A model generated the notes under the pieces. The model searched no databases. It was not told the DNA's origin and saw only the letters and a program-made list of their open reading frames with translations. Source: Patescibacteria group bacterium UBA6201 (GTDB lineage: Bacteria > Patescibacteriota > Minisyncoccia > Phycocordibacterales > UBA918). Taken from it: 64,000 nt of DNA. Location: NCBI GenBank assembly GCA_002422025.1, contig DISV01000004.1, positions 102,578 to 166,577 on the forward strand, given 5' to 3'. Of this stretch, positions 1-11,079 are shown piece by piece. The translations under genes were made by a program, and so were the position numbers. Positions within the stretch are counted from its first letter, which is position 1, and each line of letters opens with the position of its first letter.

Positions 1-703
1 CTTGAAGCATGAATGGACCACGGATGAAGGTGTTGGATGCACCAACCAAACGCATCACTGATATTTCTTCACGAGACGTGTAGATAGCAAGACGAATAGT
101 ATTGAAAGTAATCGCCACCGCCGCCACAATGAGTACCAACATTGCTATGATACTTGCCTTTTCCACTACCTCAATAATGGAAGACAGTTTATCAATCGCT
201 TCACGGTTCTTAACGAAGTTTACTCGGTCAATCACAGGCGCTTGCGGAGATTCACTGGACTGCTGCTCATCTAGGAAGAGCGCAATGCCCTCATACTGAC
301 CAGTATTGTTAGCGCGAATAGCGAGCGACGCTCCTAGCGGATTATCTCCTAATTCTTCGAGAGCCTGGATAGTGAGCTCGTCACCACTATGACGTTCACG
401 GAATTCTGCCAAAGCCTGCTCACGTGACGTGTAGGTTACCTCTGCGACCTCTGGTAGAGCCTCAAGCCTAGTCTGAAGAGCTTGAATGTCTGACTCTGGT
501 GCCTCAACCGTAAAATATACGTTTATATCTACCTTACTTTCTATCTGAGCTAGAGATGCGCCTAGAATCTGATCAATCATCATAATGCTACCAATCACAA
601 ATAGTGCGACTGTCATCACAAACACGGAAGACAAAGACACGAAAGCATTACGCCAAAATCCAATCCCGCCTGATCGTATAATTCTTTTAAACGCTACCCA
701 CAT
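1..703 (-). CDS. ftsX: Cell division permease FtsX (3' end outside window)
   Basis: Manual translation MWVAFKRIIRSGGIGFWRN...NTIRLAIYTSREEISVMRLVGASNTFIRGPF; directly downstream of ftsE. Confidence 0.92.
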   Translation of the reverse strand, partial: MWVAFKRIIRSGGIGFWRNAFVSLSSVFVMTVALFVIGSIMMIDQILGASLAQIESKVDINVYFTVEAPESDIQALQTRLEALPEVAEVTYTSREQALAEFRERHSGDELTIQALEELGDNPLGASLAIRANNTGQYEGIALFLDEQQSSESPQAPVIDRVNFVKNREAIDKLSSIIEVVEKASIIAMLVLIVAAVAITFNTIRLAIYTSREEISVMRLVGASNTFIRGPFMLQ

Positions 704-737
704 AATTTAGTTGAAAGTTATAAAGTTGAAAGTAATT

Positions 738-1421
738 CTACAAAACGTATTTACCACTAGCGTCGTCACGCACTATCTTGCCGCTATCCATCGTTAGGAC
801 TCGACGACCCAGCTCGTCTATAACGCCCTTATTGTGTGTGGTCATTATGACCGTCGTACCAAGGTCATTTATTTTCTTTAGAATTTGCACTACTTCATAA
901 GTAGCAATTGGGTCTAAATTACCAGTTGGTTCATCAGCAATAATGATGTCGGGCTGATTTACGATGGCACGCGCTATTGCCACCCTTTGTTTTTCACCAC
1001 CAGAAAGTTCGTGTGGAAAATTAAATATCTTATCTTCAAGGTCAACGAGTGCCAGAGCTTGTGGAACATTTTCGGCAATCTCTTCGTCAGACCGTCCATT
1101 GGCCTCCATAGCAAAAGCAATGTTCTCGAAAGCAGTCTTATGAGGAAGGAGTTTAAAGTCTTGAAAAACAGTTCCGATCCGGCGCCGATACTTAGGAAGC
1201 TTGCCACGTGGAATCTTATGAATATCTATTGATTCATAAAAGACTGTTCCTTCTGACGGCTTATCCTCAGCAATCAATAATTTGAGTAGAGTCGACTTAC
1301 CAGCACCGGAGTGTCCGACGATGGAAACGAATTCGTGTGGCGCAACTTGAAAAGTAATGTCTTCTATAGCTACGGAATTTCCCCCACTGTACCATTTGGA
1401 AACTTTATCGAAATAAATCAT
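738..1421 (-). CDS. ftsE: Cell division ABC ATPase FtsE
   Basis: GHSGAGKST Walker A, IGTVFQDFKLL, LSGGEKQR, ADEPTGNLD; start moved to MIYFDKV. Confidence 0.93.
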   Translation of the reverse strand: MIYFDKVSKWYSGGNSVAIEDITFQVAPHEFVSIVGHSGAGKSTLLKLLIAEDKPSEGTVFYESIDIHKIPRGKLPKYRRRIGTVFQDFKLLPHKTAFENIAFAMEANGRSDEEIAENVPQALALVDLEDKIFNFPHELSGGEKQRVAIARAIVNQPDIIIADEPTGNLDPIATYEVVQILKKINDLGTTVIMTTHNKGVIDELGRRVLTMDSGKIVRDDASGKYVL

Positions 1422-1627
1422 AAATCTAGCCTTACTATTGTAGTCCACAACACACAAAATACAAAACCTATAAATTCCCCAACTATTTTTGTATTACTAG
1501 CAATTTCACAACCATTCTGTTCCGCATGCGGCAGAATGGTTGTGACCATCAGACATGAGTCGGTGGTGGCCGACACTTTAGCTAGCAAAAACGCCCGGTT
1601 CAACAGACTTAATGTCTGTTGGCGTTT

Positions 1628-2512
1628 TTACAGCTCACGCTCCGCGTCTATAAATTCCTGTATATTACCGCCTAAAACCGCTTCAATATTACGTACCTCC
1701 ACGCCAGTTCGGTGATCCTTAACCATCTGATAAGGGTGGAGTACATACGACCGAATCTGACTACCCCACTCAATCTTCATAGTTTTTTCCACCGAGAGAC
1801 CTTTGAGTTCCCTTTCCTTTTGCTCTTCAAGAAAAGCAAAGACCTTCCCAGAAAGAAGAGCTATTGCTTTAGCACGATTTTGTTGCTGACTACGCTCAGA
1901 TGAGGCGTGAACAGTCAGACCGGTTGGCTTATGAGTGACCCGAACGGCCGTCTCGCGTTTGTTAACGTTTTGCCCACCGGCTCCACCACTACGGGCAAAT
2001 GTGACCTCAACCTCGTCTTCTGTTAAGGCGATTTCTTCTAATGCCTCCACGGCAGGAGAAACTTCAACTAAGGTGAATGAAGTCTGTCTTTTGCCATTAG
2101 AGTTAAAGGGTGAAATGCGTACCAAACGATGCACCCCACTTTCACGTTTCAACGTACCATACGCATCCTTACCTCTGATTTCAAAAACAATATTTCGATA
2201 ACCTCCGTGATTATTTTCATTCTGATCAATGGTCATTACTTGCCAACCTTGAGTGTCTGCGTAGCGTTGATACATCTCTAGCAAGATTCGAGCAAAATCC
2301 TCAGCGTCATCACCACCAGCGCCGGCCACTATAGTAAACACTGCTCCTAGTCGGTCATACTTTCCTTTACCTTCCGCCTCATCTTTAAGGGCCTGTAGCT
2401 CCTTGATTAGAACCTGTGCCTCCTGGGGATTACTCCAGAAGTCCGATTGCATCATGGCTGATTCAATTTCAGCTATCCGAAGGGCAGCGTTCTTTTTCAT
2501 TTCTTTAGCCAT
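1628..2512 (-). CDS. prfB: Peptide chain release factor 2, N-terminally shortened
   Basis: HRLVRISPF (SPF) and GAGGQNVNK (GGQ) motifs; WGSQIRSYV. Confidence 0.92.
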   Translation of the reverse strand: MAKEMKKNAALRIAEIESAMMQSDFWSNPQEAQVLIKELQALKDEAEGKGKYDRLGAVFTIVAGAGGDDAEDFARILLEMYQRYADTQGWQVMTIDQNENNHGGYRNIVFEIRGKDAYGTLKRESGVHRLVRISPFNSNGKRQTSFTLVEVSPAVEALEEIALTEDEVEVTFARSGGAGGQNVNKRETAVRVTHKPTGLTVHASSERSQQQNRAKAIALLSGKVFAFLEEQKERELKGLSVEKTMKIEWGSQIRSYVLHPYQMVKDHRTGVEVRNIEAVLGGNIQEFIDAEREL

Positions 2513-2604
2513 AATAATGGTTAATTTTAACAGAAATGGCGGCGATTCGCTTTTGTAAATTACCCCTATAAAAAACACGGCGTTTAAACACCGTGTTTTT
2601 CTTA

Positions 2605-2883
2605 TGAGCCATCTCCCAGGATTGACCCAGAATAGCGGCTATTTCATTTCACCACAGGAGTACTTCCGTTTTCATAGTCGCTACGCTATTTGGAAACTAG
2701 GTCGCGCTACGCTTATGAAATAGGCTCGCTTTCTTGGTCGGCGCCTCCTCGTCTTGTTCGCAAGGAATGCTCACAAAACATCGTCCGACGCTTCAATCCT
2801 GACATAACAGTGAGCAGTCACTGTTACTGTCGATAGCTCACAAATATCAAAACCGCCCGGTATGGGCGGTTTTGATATTTGTG
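2605..2883 (-). mobile_element. tRNA-Thr 3'-end mini-element (277 bp unit)
   Basis: 21 bp direct repeat tgagccatctcccaggattga at 2605 and 2882; internal antisense copy split by a hairpin. Confidence 0.8.
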
Positions 2884-2956
2884 AGCCATCTCCCAGGATT
2901 GAACTGGGGACCTCATCCTTACCATGGATGCGCTCTACCAACTGAGCTAAGATGGC
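2884..2956 (-). tRNA. tRNA-Thr(GGT)
   Basis: Cloverleaf GCCATCT...AGATGGC; anticodon arm CATCC-ATGGTAA-GGATG. Confidence 0.95.
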
Positions 2957-3025
2957 ATCCCTCCTATTCGTAATTCTTCTATTGCGGCAACCGATATTAT
3001 CACGAAGCATCGTATTTTAAAACCT

Positions 3026-3310
3026 CTATTTCAACTGCTTGTGGAGTTGACCTGTTAACACCAAAACAGCAACTCCAATGAGCAAGATGAGCCAAGGACG
3101 ATCTGCTGTCAACGACCACATCTCAAAGAAACGCTCTACTGAGTAGAATACCGCAGAAGCCCCAAAGGCAGTCAGCAGCAAAAATAAGGTGGGAAAACGA
3201 TGTGCTGCTCCGCGACGGGCTGGTTCCACTACTAGCTTTTCTGCCTCTTTGACCCTATTAATTATCTTATGGTCAGTTGCAACAACAGCCTTTTCAAATT
3301 CTTTAATCAT
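3026..3310 (-). CDS. Small two-TM hypothetical membrane protein
   Basis: 94 aa ORF with two hydrophobic segments. Confidence 0.7.
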   Translation of the reverse strand: MIKEFEKAVVATDHKIINRVKEAEKLVVEPARRGAAHRFPTLFLLLTAFGASAVFYSVERFFEMWSLTADRPWLILLIGVAVLVLTGQLHKQLK

Positions 3311-3409
3311 ACTATTTATTTGATTTTAACATGCCGCATCTAAACCAGATTACATTCTGAATAAAGTTTGAAGTTAAAGACACGTATAATACGTGTGCTG
3401 GATACAATC

Positions 3410-3482
3410 GCCACTTTAGCTCAGTCGGTAGAGCATGTCACTCGTAACGACAAGGTCCGGAGTTCGATCCTCCGAGGTGGCT
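3410..3482 (+). tRNA. tRNA-Thr(CGT)
   Basis: GCCACTT...AGGTGGC; loop CTCGTAA; T-loop TTCGATC. Confidence 0.93.
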
Positions 3483-3487
3483 CAAAT

Positions 3488-3525
3488 AAAAAACAGCACA
3501 GGGTCAAAGCCTGCGCTGTTTTTTT
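3488..3525. terminator. Intrinsic terminator, probably bidirectional
   Basis: aaaaaacagcacagg...cctgcgctgttttttt hairpin between convergent genes. Confidence 0.7.
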
Positions 3526-3537
3526 CTTGGATAATAT

Positions 3538-4335
3538 CTAGTCAGAAATAGATACTGACTCCACAACCTCAATCCTTTTCACCTGTACACCCGTTTCTGA
3601 CATTTCTCCCTGTACACGCGCTGGCATAGTTTCTTTTAGGAGATTTTCGTCACAAGCAACAGTAGAACCATCAGCGTTCACACAAACACTGTCAGCATCT
3701 ATAAACAATGGTACAGCATGTCCCAAAACCCCCGCTTCTTCATAAACCAAGTGCCAATAATTAGAATCTAAAGGAGCTGGCACTTGCTTCAAAAGAAAAC
3801 CAGATTTGTCAAAAGAAAATTCTCCTTGTGGTCCACTTTCTGCGTTGCCACAAGAGATATCAGTAATCTGCCATAGACCATTCTTGGCAACCATATTGAC
3901 TATGGCTTGACCAGTCTGACCATCAGTCGTTGACATCACTAGCATCTGCGCTGCTTCTTCCTGTTGATAAACTGGGATAGTACGTAGACCCTCAGGTACA
4001 CCAACTTGGCAAAGTACCGGGTCAATACTTTCATCATTTAATTGACCCTCCTGTGCTTTAAGTTTTTCCTTGAGCTCTGGACCGACCTGCTCATAATCTA
4101 ATAGACCCTGCACAAAAGGCTCGTTAGGACCAGCAGTACGCGCCGTTAACCAATCTTCGTAAAAATCCAAAGTGACGTTTATTGGGTCTCCAGACACTCC
4201 CTTCCACTGTTCTGGCATGAATGAACGCACCCCACCTCCGGTAAGCCACACAATCAAACCGATAATAAGTAATACACCCGCAACCAACAACACCGGTAAC
4301 AATTTACTACGATTGAAATATCTACTCATAAACAT
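3538..4335 (-). CDS. Membrane-anchored extracellular hypothetical protein
   Basis: N-terminal TM helix, DPVLCQ and WQITDISC motifs. Confidence 0.75.
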   Translation of the reverse strand: MFMSRYFNRSKLLPVLLVAGVLLIIGLIVWLTGGGVRSFMPEQWKGVSGDPINVTLDFYEDWLTARTAGPNEPFVQGLLDYEQVGPELKEKLKAQEGQLNDESIDPVLCQVGVPEGLRTIPVYQQEEAAQMLVMSTTDGQTGQAIVNMVAKNGLWQITDISCGNAESGPQGEFSFDKSGFLLKQVPAPLDSNYWHLVYEEAGVLGHAVPLFIDADSVCVNADGSTVACDENLLKETMPARVQGEMSETGVQVKRIEVVESVSISD

Positions 4336-4341
4336 ATTTTC

Positions 4342-4947
4342 TCATGATATCACATTCCTTTTAGTTAGAATGTGGACAAGCATTATACCAATAATGGCGC
4401 CGCCAAAGTTAAAAACAAGGTCCAACATAGCGTTTTCATAGCCTCCAACGCCATGACGATCTAGATTCATTGCAATTAAGAATTCCATTATTTCATTCAT
4501 TGCTGACACACCCATTGAGGCCATTATAGCTATAAGTATCAGTATCCACTTAGGTCCAGTAGCTCTAAGGGTACAAGTGAGGACGTGCAGAAAGGCTATG
4601 GCCATAACACCATACAGATAGCCGTGCACCACCTGATCATATTTTAGAATGTATAAATCCTCACCCAAATCAAGAAAAGGATAGATGCGGTATGCAAACA
4701 AAACCCCGTCTGGTGTTTGTACAGAACCACCTAAAATATGCAGAAGGCCCCAGATACTTATTAGCCACAGTATGTATGATGGAAACTTGGTTATATGAAG
4801 CGTGCTAAAAAGTAAGGTAAAGGCCGCAATAATGACGCCAGCATAAATCACAAATTCAACATTGGAATCTTGAAGAAAATATGCGCCGCCAACCAACAAA
4901 TACAGGGCGATGAAGCCAAGCAAAAAGCGGTGTTCTGACAGTCGCAT
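4342..4947 (-). CDS. DUF2238-like inner membrane protein
   Basis: Multi-TM, LHILGG, YDQVVH, NEIMEF, YENAMLDL. Confidence 0.7.
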   Translation of the reverse strand: MRLSEHRFLLGFIALYLLVGGAYFLQDSNVEFVIYAGVIIAAFTLLFSTLHITKFPSYILWLISIWGLLHILGGSVQTPDGVLFAYRIYPFLDLGEDLYILKYDQVVHGYLYGVMAIAFLHVLTCTLRATGPKWILILIAIMASMGVSAMNEIMEFLIAMNLDRHGVGGYENAMLDLVFNFGGAIIGIMLVHILTKRNVIS

Positions 4948-4951
4948 AGAT

Positions 4952-5089
4952 TTAGGTAATGATGCTAAAAACTTCGCGTGCAAACGTGAGAATGAGATTC
5001 AGCCCAGCAATCATAAAATTAACAAACAGTTCAAGTAACTGTAGCAAGAAGTTGAGAAATGATTTGATGATGGTAATAGCACTGTCCAT
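4952..5089 (-). CDS. 45 aa amphipathic/hydrophobic small protein (not in ORF track)
   Basis: MDSAITIIKSFLNFLLQLLELFVNFMIAGLNLILTFAREVFSIIT*, stop 4 nt before next ATG. Confidence 0.6.
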   Translation of the reverse strand: MDSAITIIKSFLNFLLQLLELFVNFMIAGLNLILTFAREVFSIIT

Positions 5090-5189
5090 AAACAGATTTT
5101 ATCATACACACCTTGAGACAATATTGTGTATTAGGGAAATCAGATGCCTCACCTAGCACATAGAAAACCGCCTAATGGCGGCTTTTCTA

Positions 5190-5356
5190 TTGCGCGAGCG
5201 AAGGGACTTGGTCACGAATATTTTCCTGCGTAAAATTTCTCGACCCCACCTCGCTTGCCTACGGCATCGCTCCGGCCTTCAAGCCCCTACACAAGCAAAG
5301 CAGTTTGCTTGTTTCGTTCGCGCAAACAAAAAAACGGCATGAAGCCGTATTTTGTT
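5190..5356 (-). mobile_element. tRNA-Asp distal mini-element, core type A (166 bp unit)
   Basis: Bounded by copies of tgcgcgagcgaagggacttg; core nearly identical to 29323-29390. Confidence 0.85.
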
Positions 5357-5528
5357 TGCGCGAGCGAAGGGACTTGAAACTTACAGTTTCGGTACACCTT
5401 TTGGCTGTTTCTGTTCACAAGCTCCAGAAATATCTCAAAAGGTCTTCAAGTCCCTACACAAAAGTCTCCCAGATTTTTGTTTCGCTCGCACAAAGTAAAA
5501 GCCCCCTAGTGGGGACTTTTATACTTTG
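5357..5528 (-). mobile_element. tRNA-Asp proximal mini-element, core type B (170 bp unit)
   Basis: 24 bp direct repeat at 5355 and 5525; antisense copy at about 5445-5495. Confidence 0.85.
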
Positions 5529-5602
5529 CGCGAGCGAAGGGACTTGAACCCTCAACCTCTGCCGTGACAGGGCAGCGCTCTAACCAGTTGAGCTACGCCC
5601 GC
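5529..5602 (-). tRNA. tRNA-Asp(GTC)
   Basis: GCGGGCG...CGCTCGC G; arm CTGCC-CTGTCAC-GGCAG. Confidence 0.95.
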
Positions 5603-5651
5603 AATAGGCACGATTCTAGCAGAAAACTAGAAAAATGCACGATGTTTAAGA

Positions 5652-5801
5652 GAGGGAATAAAATGTACAGTTTCTGTACAACTTTTGGATATTTGTTTCA
5701 GCACAGCCTCACAAATCCCACAAAAGGTCATCATTCCCTATCGCACACAAAATCACGCTTACGCAAAGCGCAGAGTATTCGCTTTACGCTCGATGATTTT
5801 G
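5652..5801 (-). mobile_element. Eroded tRNA-Met mini-element, core type B (about 159 bp)
   Basis: Core GACCTTTTG...CCAAAAGTTGTACAGAAACTGTA; antisense atcattccct at 5730; residual direct repeat gagggaat at 5652. Confidence 0.65.
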
Positions 5802-5875
5802 TGTCGACGGGAGGGAATGATCCTCCGACCTCGGCTTTATGAGTGCCGCGCTCTAACCAACTGAGCTACGTCGAC
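5802..5875 (-). tRNA. tRNA with CAT anticodon, probably elongator Met
   Basis: GTCGACG...CGTCGAC A; loop CTCATAA; atypical T-loop ATCATTC. Confidence 0.8.
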
Positions 5876-5957
5876 GTGTCAAGAGAATAGCATTAGACCA
5901 CCCCTTGTTCAACCCGTAAAACAAAGAGCCACGCGATGCGCAGCTCTTTGTTTCTTG

Positions 5958-6028
5958 TTGCGGGGCCTGGAATTGAACCAGGGTCTGGAGGTTATGAGCC
6001 TCCCGAGGTACCACTCCTCTACCCCGCT
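5958..6028 (-). tRNA. Initiator tRNA-fMet(CAT)
   Basis: AGCGGGG...CCCCGCA with unpaired 1:72; loop CTCATAA. Confidence 0.85.
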
Positions 6029-6105
6029 ATGTATACAACGTTAAATTGTCCAAAGATTGTACCACTTACTGCACAAAAGTCCAGCGATATATCTCCATAA
6101 AAGGA

Positions 6106-6222
6106 GACTAAAATTTAGGTGATTTCGAGGCGCGCGAGGAAAATGACACGAGCCGTATATATGGACATACGGTGAGTGTTATTTTACCGAAGCGCAACAA
6201 AGAAAGCGACAAATTTTTGGCT
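6106..6222 (+). repeat. Rod-like intergenic palindrome (copy 1)
   Basis: Nested inverted repeats with apex GAG-CCGTAT...ATACGG-TGA. Confidence 0.75.
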
Positions 6223-6227
6223 TCTGG

Positions 6228-6869
6228 CTAGATGAAGTTGAACTCGTCGAACACCATTTTATATTCAGCCACCGTCTGCGTGGCCTCCTTCTTGCTCAAA
6301 TTAAAATCCGCCCCTTCGTGTGCAATACGGTTTCTAACATTATGGGCGCGCCATGCTTGATTAATAGTCGTGAAAGAAGCCGGAGACACACTTTTAAGTT
6401 TTTCACTAATAGTAGCACCGGCGTATCCTAAAGTATTTAAAAGTTCGTCCAAAATTATATCGGCCTCAATAATGGCAAGCTTCCAGTCATTGGGTCGGTC
6501 ACTATCACTGTGAGTAAGTACGTCCTGCCAACGCATATTCTTCACATCTTTTCGATATATCTTAGTAAAAGCTTCCTCCTGCCTCTTTAAGATTTCAGCA
6601 AATACTTCACCAAGCTGGTTGTGGCGAATGTAAGCATAAATAATGCCAAAGATAAGCAAGAATGAAAGTAACCAAGACAGTACGACAAACACGCTCCATG
6701 CATCAGAAAGCCAAGCAAACACCGCGCCGGGTGACCAACCTGAAATCACTCCATTTGCACTACCGCCACTCGCAGCCCCACCACCAAATAAGAAAGCAAT
6801 TGCGTAATCTATGAACGCAAAGAAATCCAGCGAATACTCGTTAAACAAGATGTCGTTTGAATCGGGCAC
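6228..6869 (-). CDS. Conserved hypothetical membrane protein
   Basis: TM helices then WKLAIIEADIILD...AHNVRNRIAHE. Confidence 0.8.
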   Translation of the reverse strand: MPDSNDILFNEYSLDFFAFIDYAIAFLFGGGAASGGSANGVISGWSPGAVFAWLSDAWSVFVVLSWLLSFLLIFGIIYAYIRHNQLGEVFAEILKRQEEAFTKIYRKDVKNMRWQDVLTHSDSDRPNDWKLAIIEADIILDELLNTLGYAGATISEKLKSVSPASFTTINQAWRAHNVRNRIAHEGADFNLSKKEATQTVAEYKMVFDEFNFI

Positions 6870-6900
6870 GGATTTATTTTAGCACAAAGCTAGGTCCAGA

Positions 6901-8322
6901 TTATTTACCCTGTCTATCATCAAAAACCTTTTTTCCAATATCAAAGAGCCTAGCTTCGCCATTATGTGGCGCAATATACTGCACTCCAACTGGTAGCATC
7001 TTACCTTCCCTGTCCACCTCCTTCATCGGGAGACTCATTGCAGGCACACCAGTGAGGTTCACAGGTACAGTGAAGATGTCCTGACGATACATTGATAGTG
7101 GATCTTCCTTTTCTCCCAATTTAAAGGCTGGAGTCGGCGCAGTTGGTGTAATAACGAGGTCAACATTAGTGAAGACGTGAGACAGCTCTTCGCGCATCAA
7201 AGTGCGTACGGCTTCAGCCTTACCATAATAGGCATCGTAGTATCCAGAGGAAAGCACATAGGTACCGAGGAGTATGCGTCGCTTAGCCTCTCTGCCAAAG
7301 CCGTGCGCACGTGACTCAAGGTAGGTATCAAGCAAATCATTACCTTCTTTACGTACACCATAGCGGATACCATCATAACGAGCTAGGTTTGATGACACTT
7401 CAGCCGGCATCACGATGTAGTAAGCAGCCAAACCAGCCTCAAAGAGTGGCAGCTCAATATCTACGATTTTATGTCCGTCTTTCTTTAGTGACTCAAGATG
7501 GGCCTCGAAACGTTCCATCACGTCTACGTCGATACCGTCTTTCAAAAAAGCGCGCGGCACGCCAATAGTGTAGCTTTCTTTGACTGGCACATCGGGATAA
7601 GTGTCTGGAGAAATGGTAGTCATATCATTTTCATCCTGTCCTTTCATTACATTGAAAACTACCTCTGCATCCGCTACAGAGTTTGCGAGCACACCCGCCT
7701 GATCAAGCGAAGAACCCATCGCCATCAGACCAAAGCGTGACACTGCACCATATGTCGGTTTCATTCCCACTAGCCCACAATAGCTGGCAGGCTGACGAAT
7801 AGAACCACCAGTATCCGTACCGATAGCAATTGGTACGGCCTCCATTGCAACCGCGGCAGCCGAACCGCCACTTGATCCTCCTGGCACCCGACTAGTGTCG
7901 TGAGGGTTCTTAGTGGGTCCAAAGGCAGAATTCTCGGTCGACCCACCCATCGCAAATTCATCGAGATTAGTACTACCGACAATGACAGCACCGGCGGCCT
8001 TTAATTTTTTGATAATAGTAGCGTCATAGGAAGCTATATAATTTTCCAAAATTAAAGACGCGGCAGTCGCCCTTTTTCCCTTTATTAAAATATTGTTCTT
8101 CACTGCAATCGGTACACCGAGGAGTGGTTTTGCTTCGTAGTCTTTTTTAGCAAATGCTAGAGTAGCACTCTCTGCCACTTCTTTAGCGTCGTCATACACA
8201 TCTAAAAAAGCGTGGATTTCTTTATCCTTTTCATTTATCACTTTCAGTGTTTTTGCTAAAGTCTCCGATGGAGTCTCACTACCATCAATAAACTTCTGCC
8301 TTAATTGTGAGATGGTCAACAT
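6901..8322 (-). CDS. gatA: Asp/Glu-tRNA amidotransferase subunit A
   Basis: Amidase signature GGSSGGSAAAV, GTDTGGSIRQPA, SSNLARYDG. Confidence 0.97.
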   Translation of the reverse strand: MLTISQLRQKFIDGSETPSETLAKTLKVINEKDKEIHAFLDVYDDAKEVAESATLAFAKKDYEAKPLLGVPIAVKNNILIKGKRATAASLILENYIASYDATIIKKLKAAGAVIVGSTNLDEFAMGGSTENSAFGPTKNPHDTSRVPGGSSGGSAAAVAMEAVPIAIGTDTGGSIRQPASYCGLVGMKPTYGAVSRFGLMAMGSSLDQAGVLANSVADAEVVFNVMKGQDENDMTTISPDTYPDVPVKESYTIGVPRAFLKDGIDVDVMERFEAHLESLKKDGHKIVDIELPLFEAGLAAYYIVMPAEVSSNLARYDGIRYGVRKEGNDLLDTYLESRAHGFGREAKRRILLGTYVLSSGYYDAYYGKAEAVRTLMREELSHVFTNVDLVITPTAPTPAFKLGEKEDPLSMYRQDIFTVPVNLTGVPAMSLPMKEVDREGKMLPVGVQYIAPHNGEARLFDIGKKVFDDRQGK

Positions 8323-8324
8323 AA

Positions 8325-8618
8325 TTATGAGTCTGGATTAAGAATCTTTTTGACCTTTAAGTAATCACCAATCTTTTCTGGAAAAGCTGATACTAAAGCA
8401 TCTATATCTTCGAGAGACGTTTCCACAACCTCATCCTCGCGCAACACGTTCTTAACGACCCCTGGGACTTTCTTCAAATCTAAATCAGAAACAATCCGAT
8501 TGACTGCACCAACATACTCCAAAATGGACTCTATTTCAGTCTGAAATTTGGCTACCTCGTTGTCACTCATCTTCACACGAGATAGGTTTCCTAGCTGTAA
8601 TATCTCTTCCTTAGTCAT
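8325..8618 (-). CDS. gatC: Amidotransferase subunit C
   Basis: MTKEEILQLGNLSR...LREDEV...YLKVKKIL; upstream of gatA. Confidence 0.9.
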   Translation of the reverse strand: MTKEEILQLGNLSRVKMSDNEVAKFQTEIESILEYVGAVNRIVSDLDLKKVPGVVKNVLREDEVVETSLEDIDALVSAFPEKIGDYLKVKKILNPDS

Positions 8619-8708
8619 CCTGTTGAAATTATTGCTTAAGCGATTATTTATCCAAAACGGGTCGTCCGCCCCATTTTCCATGAGGGACAAGTTATTGGCA
8701 TCATAGCA

Positions 8709-10874
<2,166 letters not shown>

Positions 10875-11079
10875 TTATTTTTCACGTATCGACAAAGTTC
10901 CGCGCCACTTCCAATACCTTATTTATTAAACGCCAAAATCGAGGGCAGTTGCAGTGCGGTCTAAAACTTAAAAATGGATGAGTGGCGAGGAGTTTAGGTG
11001 AACGAGTTGCGAGTGGGACATATTGTCCAGCGAGCAACACGTTAGCCGTAACGACAAAGCCAATCGCCATTTTTAAGTT

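Noticed and set aside
5375-5455. Core B as a hammerhead ribozyme (TGAxGA-stem-...GAAAC..GT)
   Set aside because: C3 is missing, six extra bases separate stem II from GAAA, the TGA derives from the antisense T-loop, and in the Met copy GAAAC sits in a perfect hairpin. Only a cleavage assay could revive this.
5190-5548. Three 21-24 bp repeats at regular spacing as a CRISPR array
   Set aside because: The repeats are the tRNA-Asp 3' end, the spacers are about 145 bp and structured, and no cas genes are present.
2771-5842. Track ORFs at 2771-3010, 5305-5547 and 5564-5842
   Set aside because: They overlap tRNAs and mini-elements, so they are spurious.
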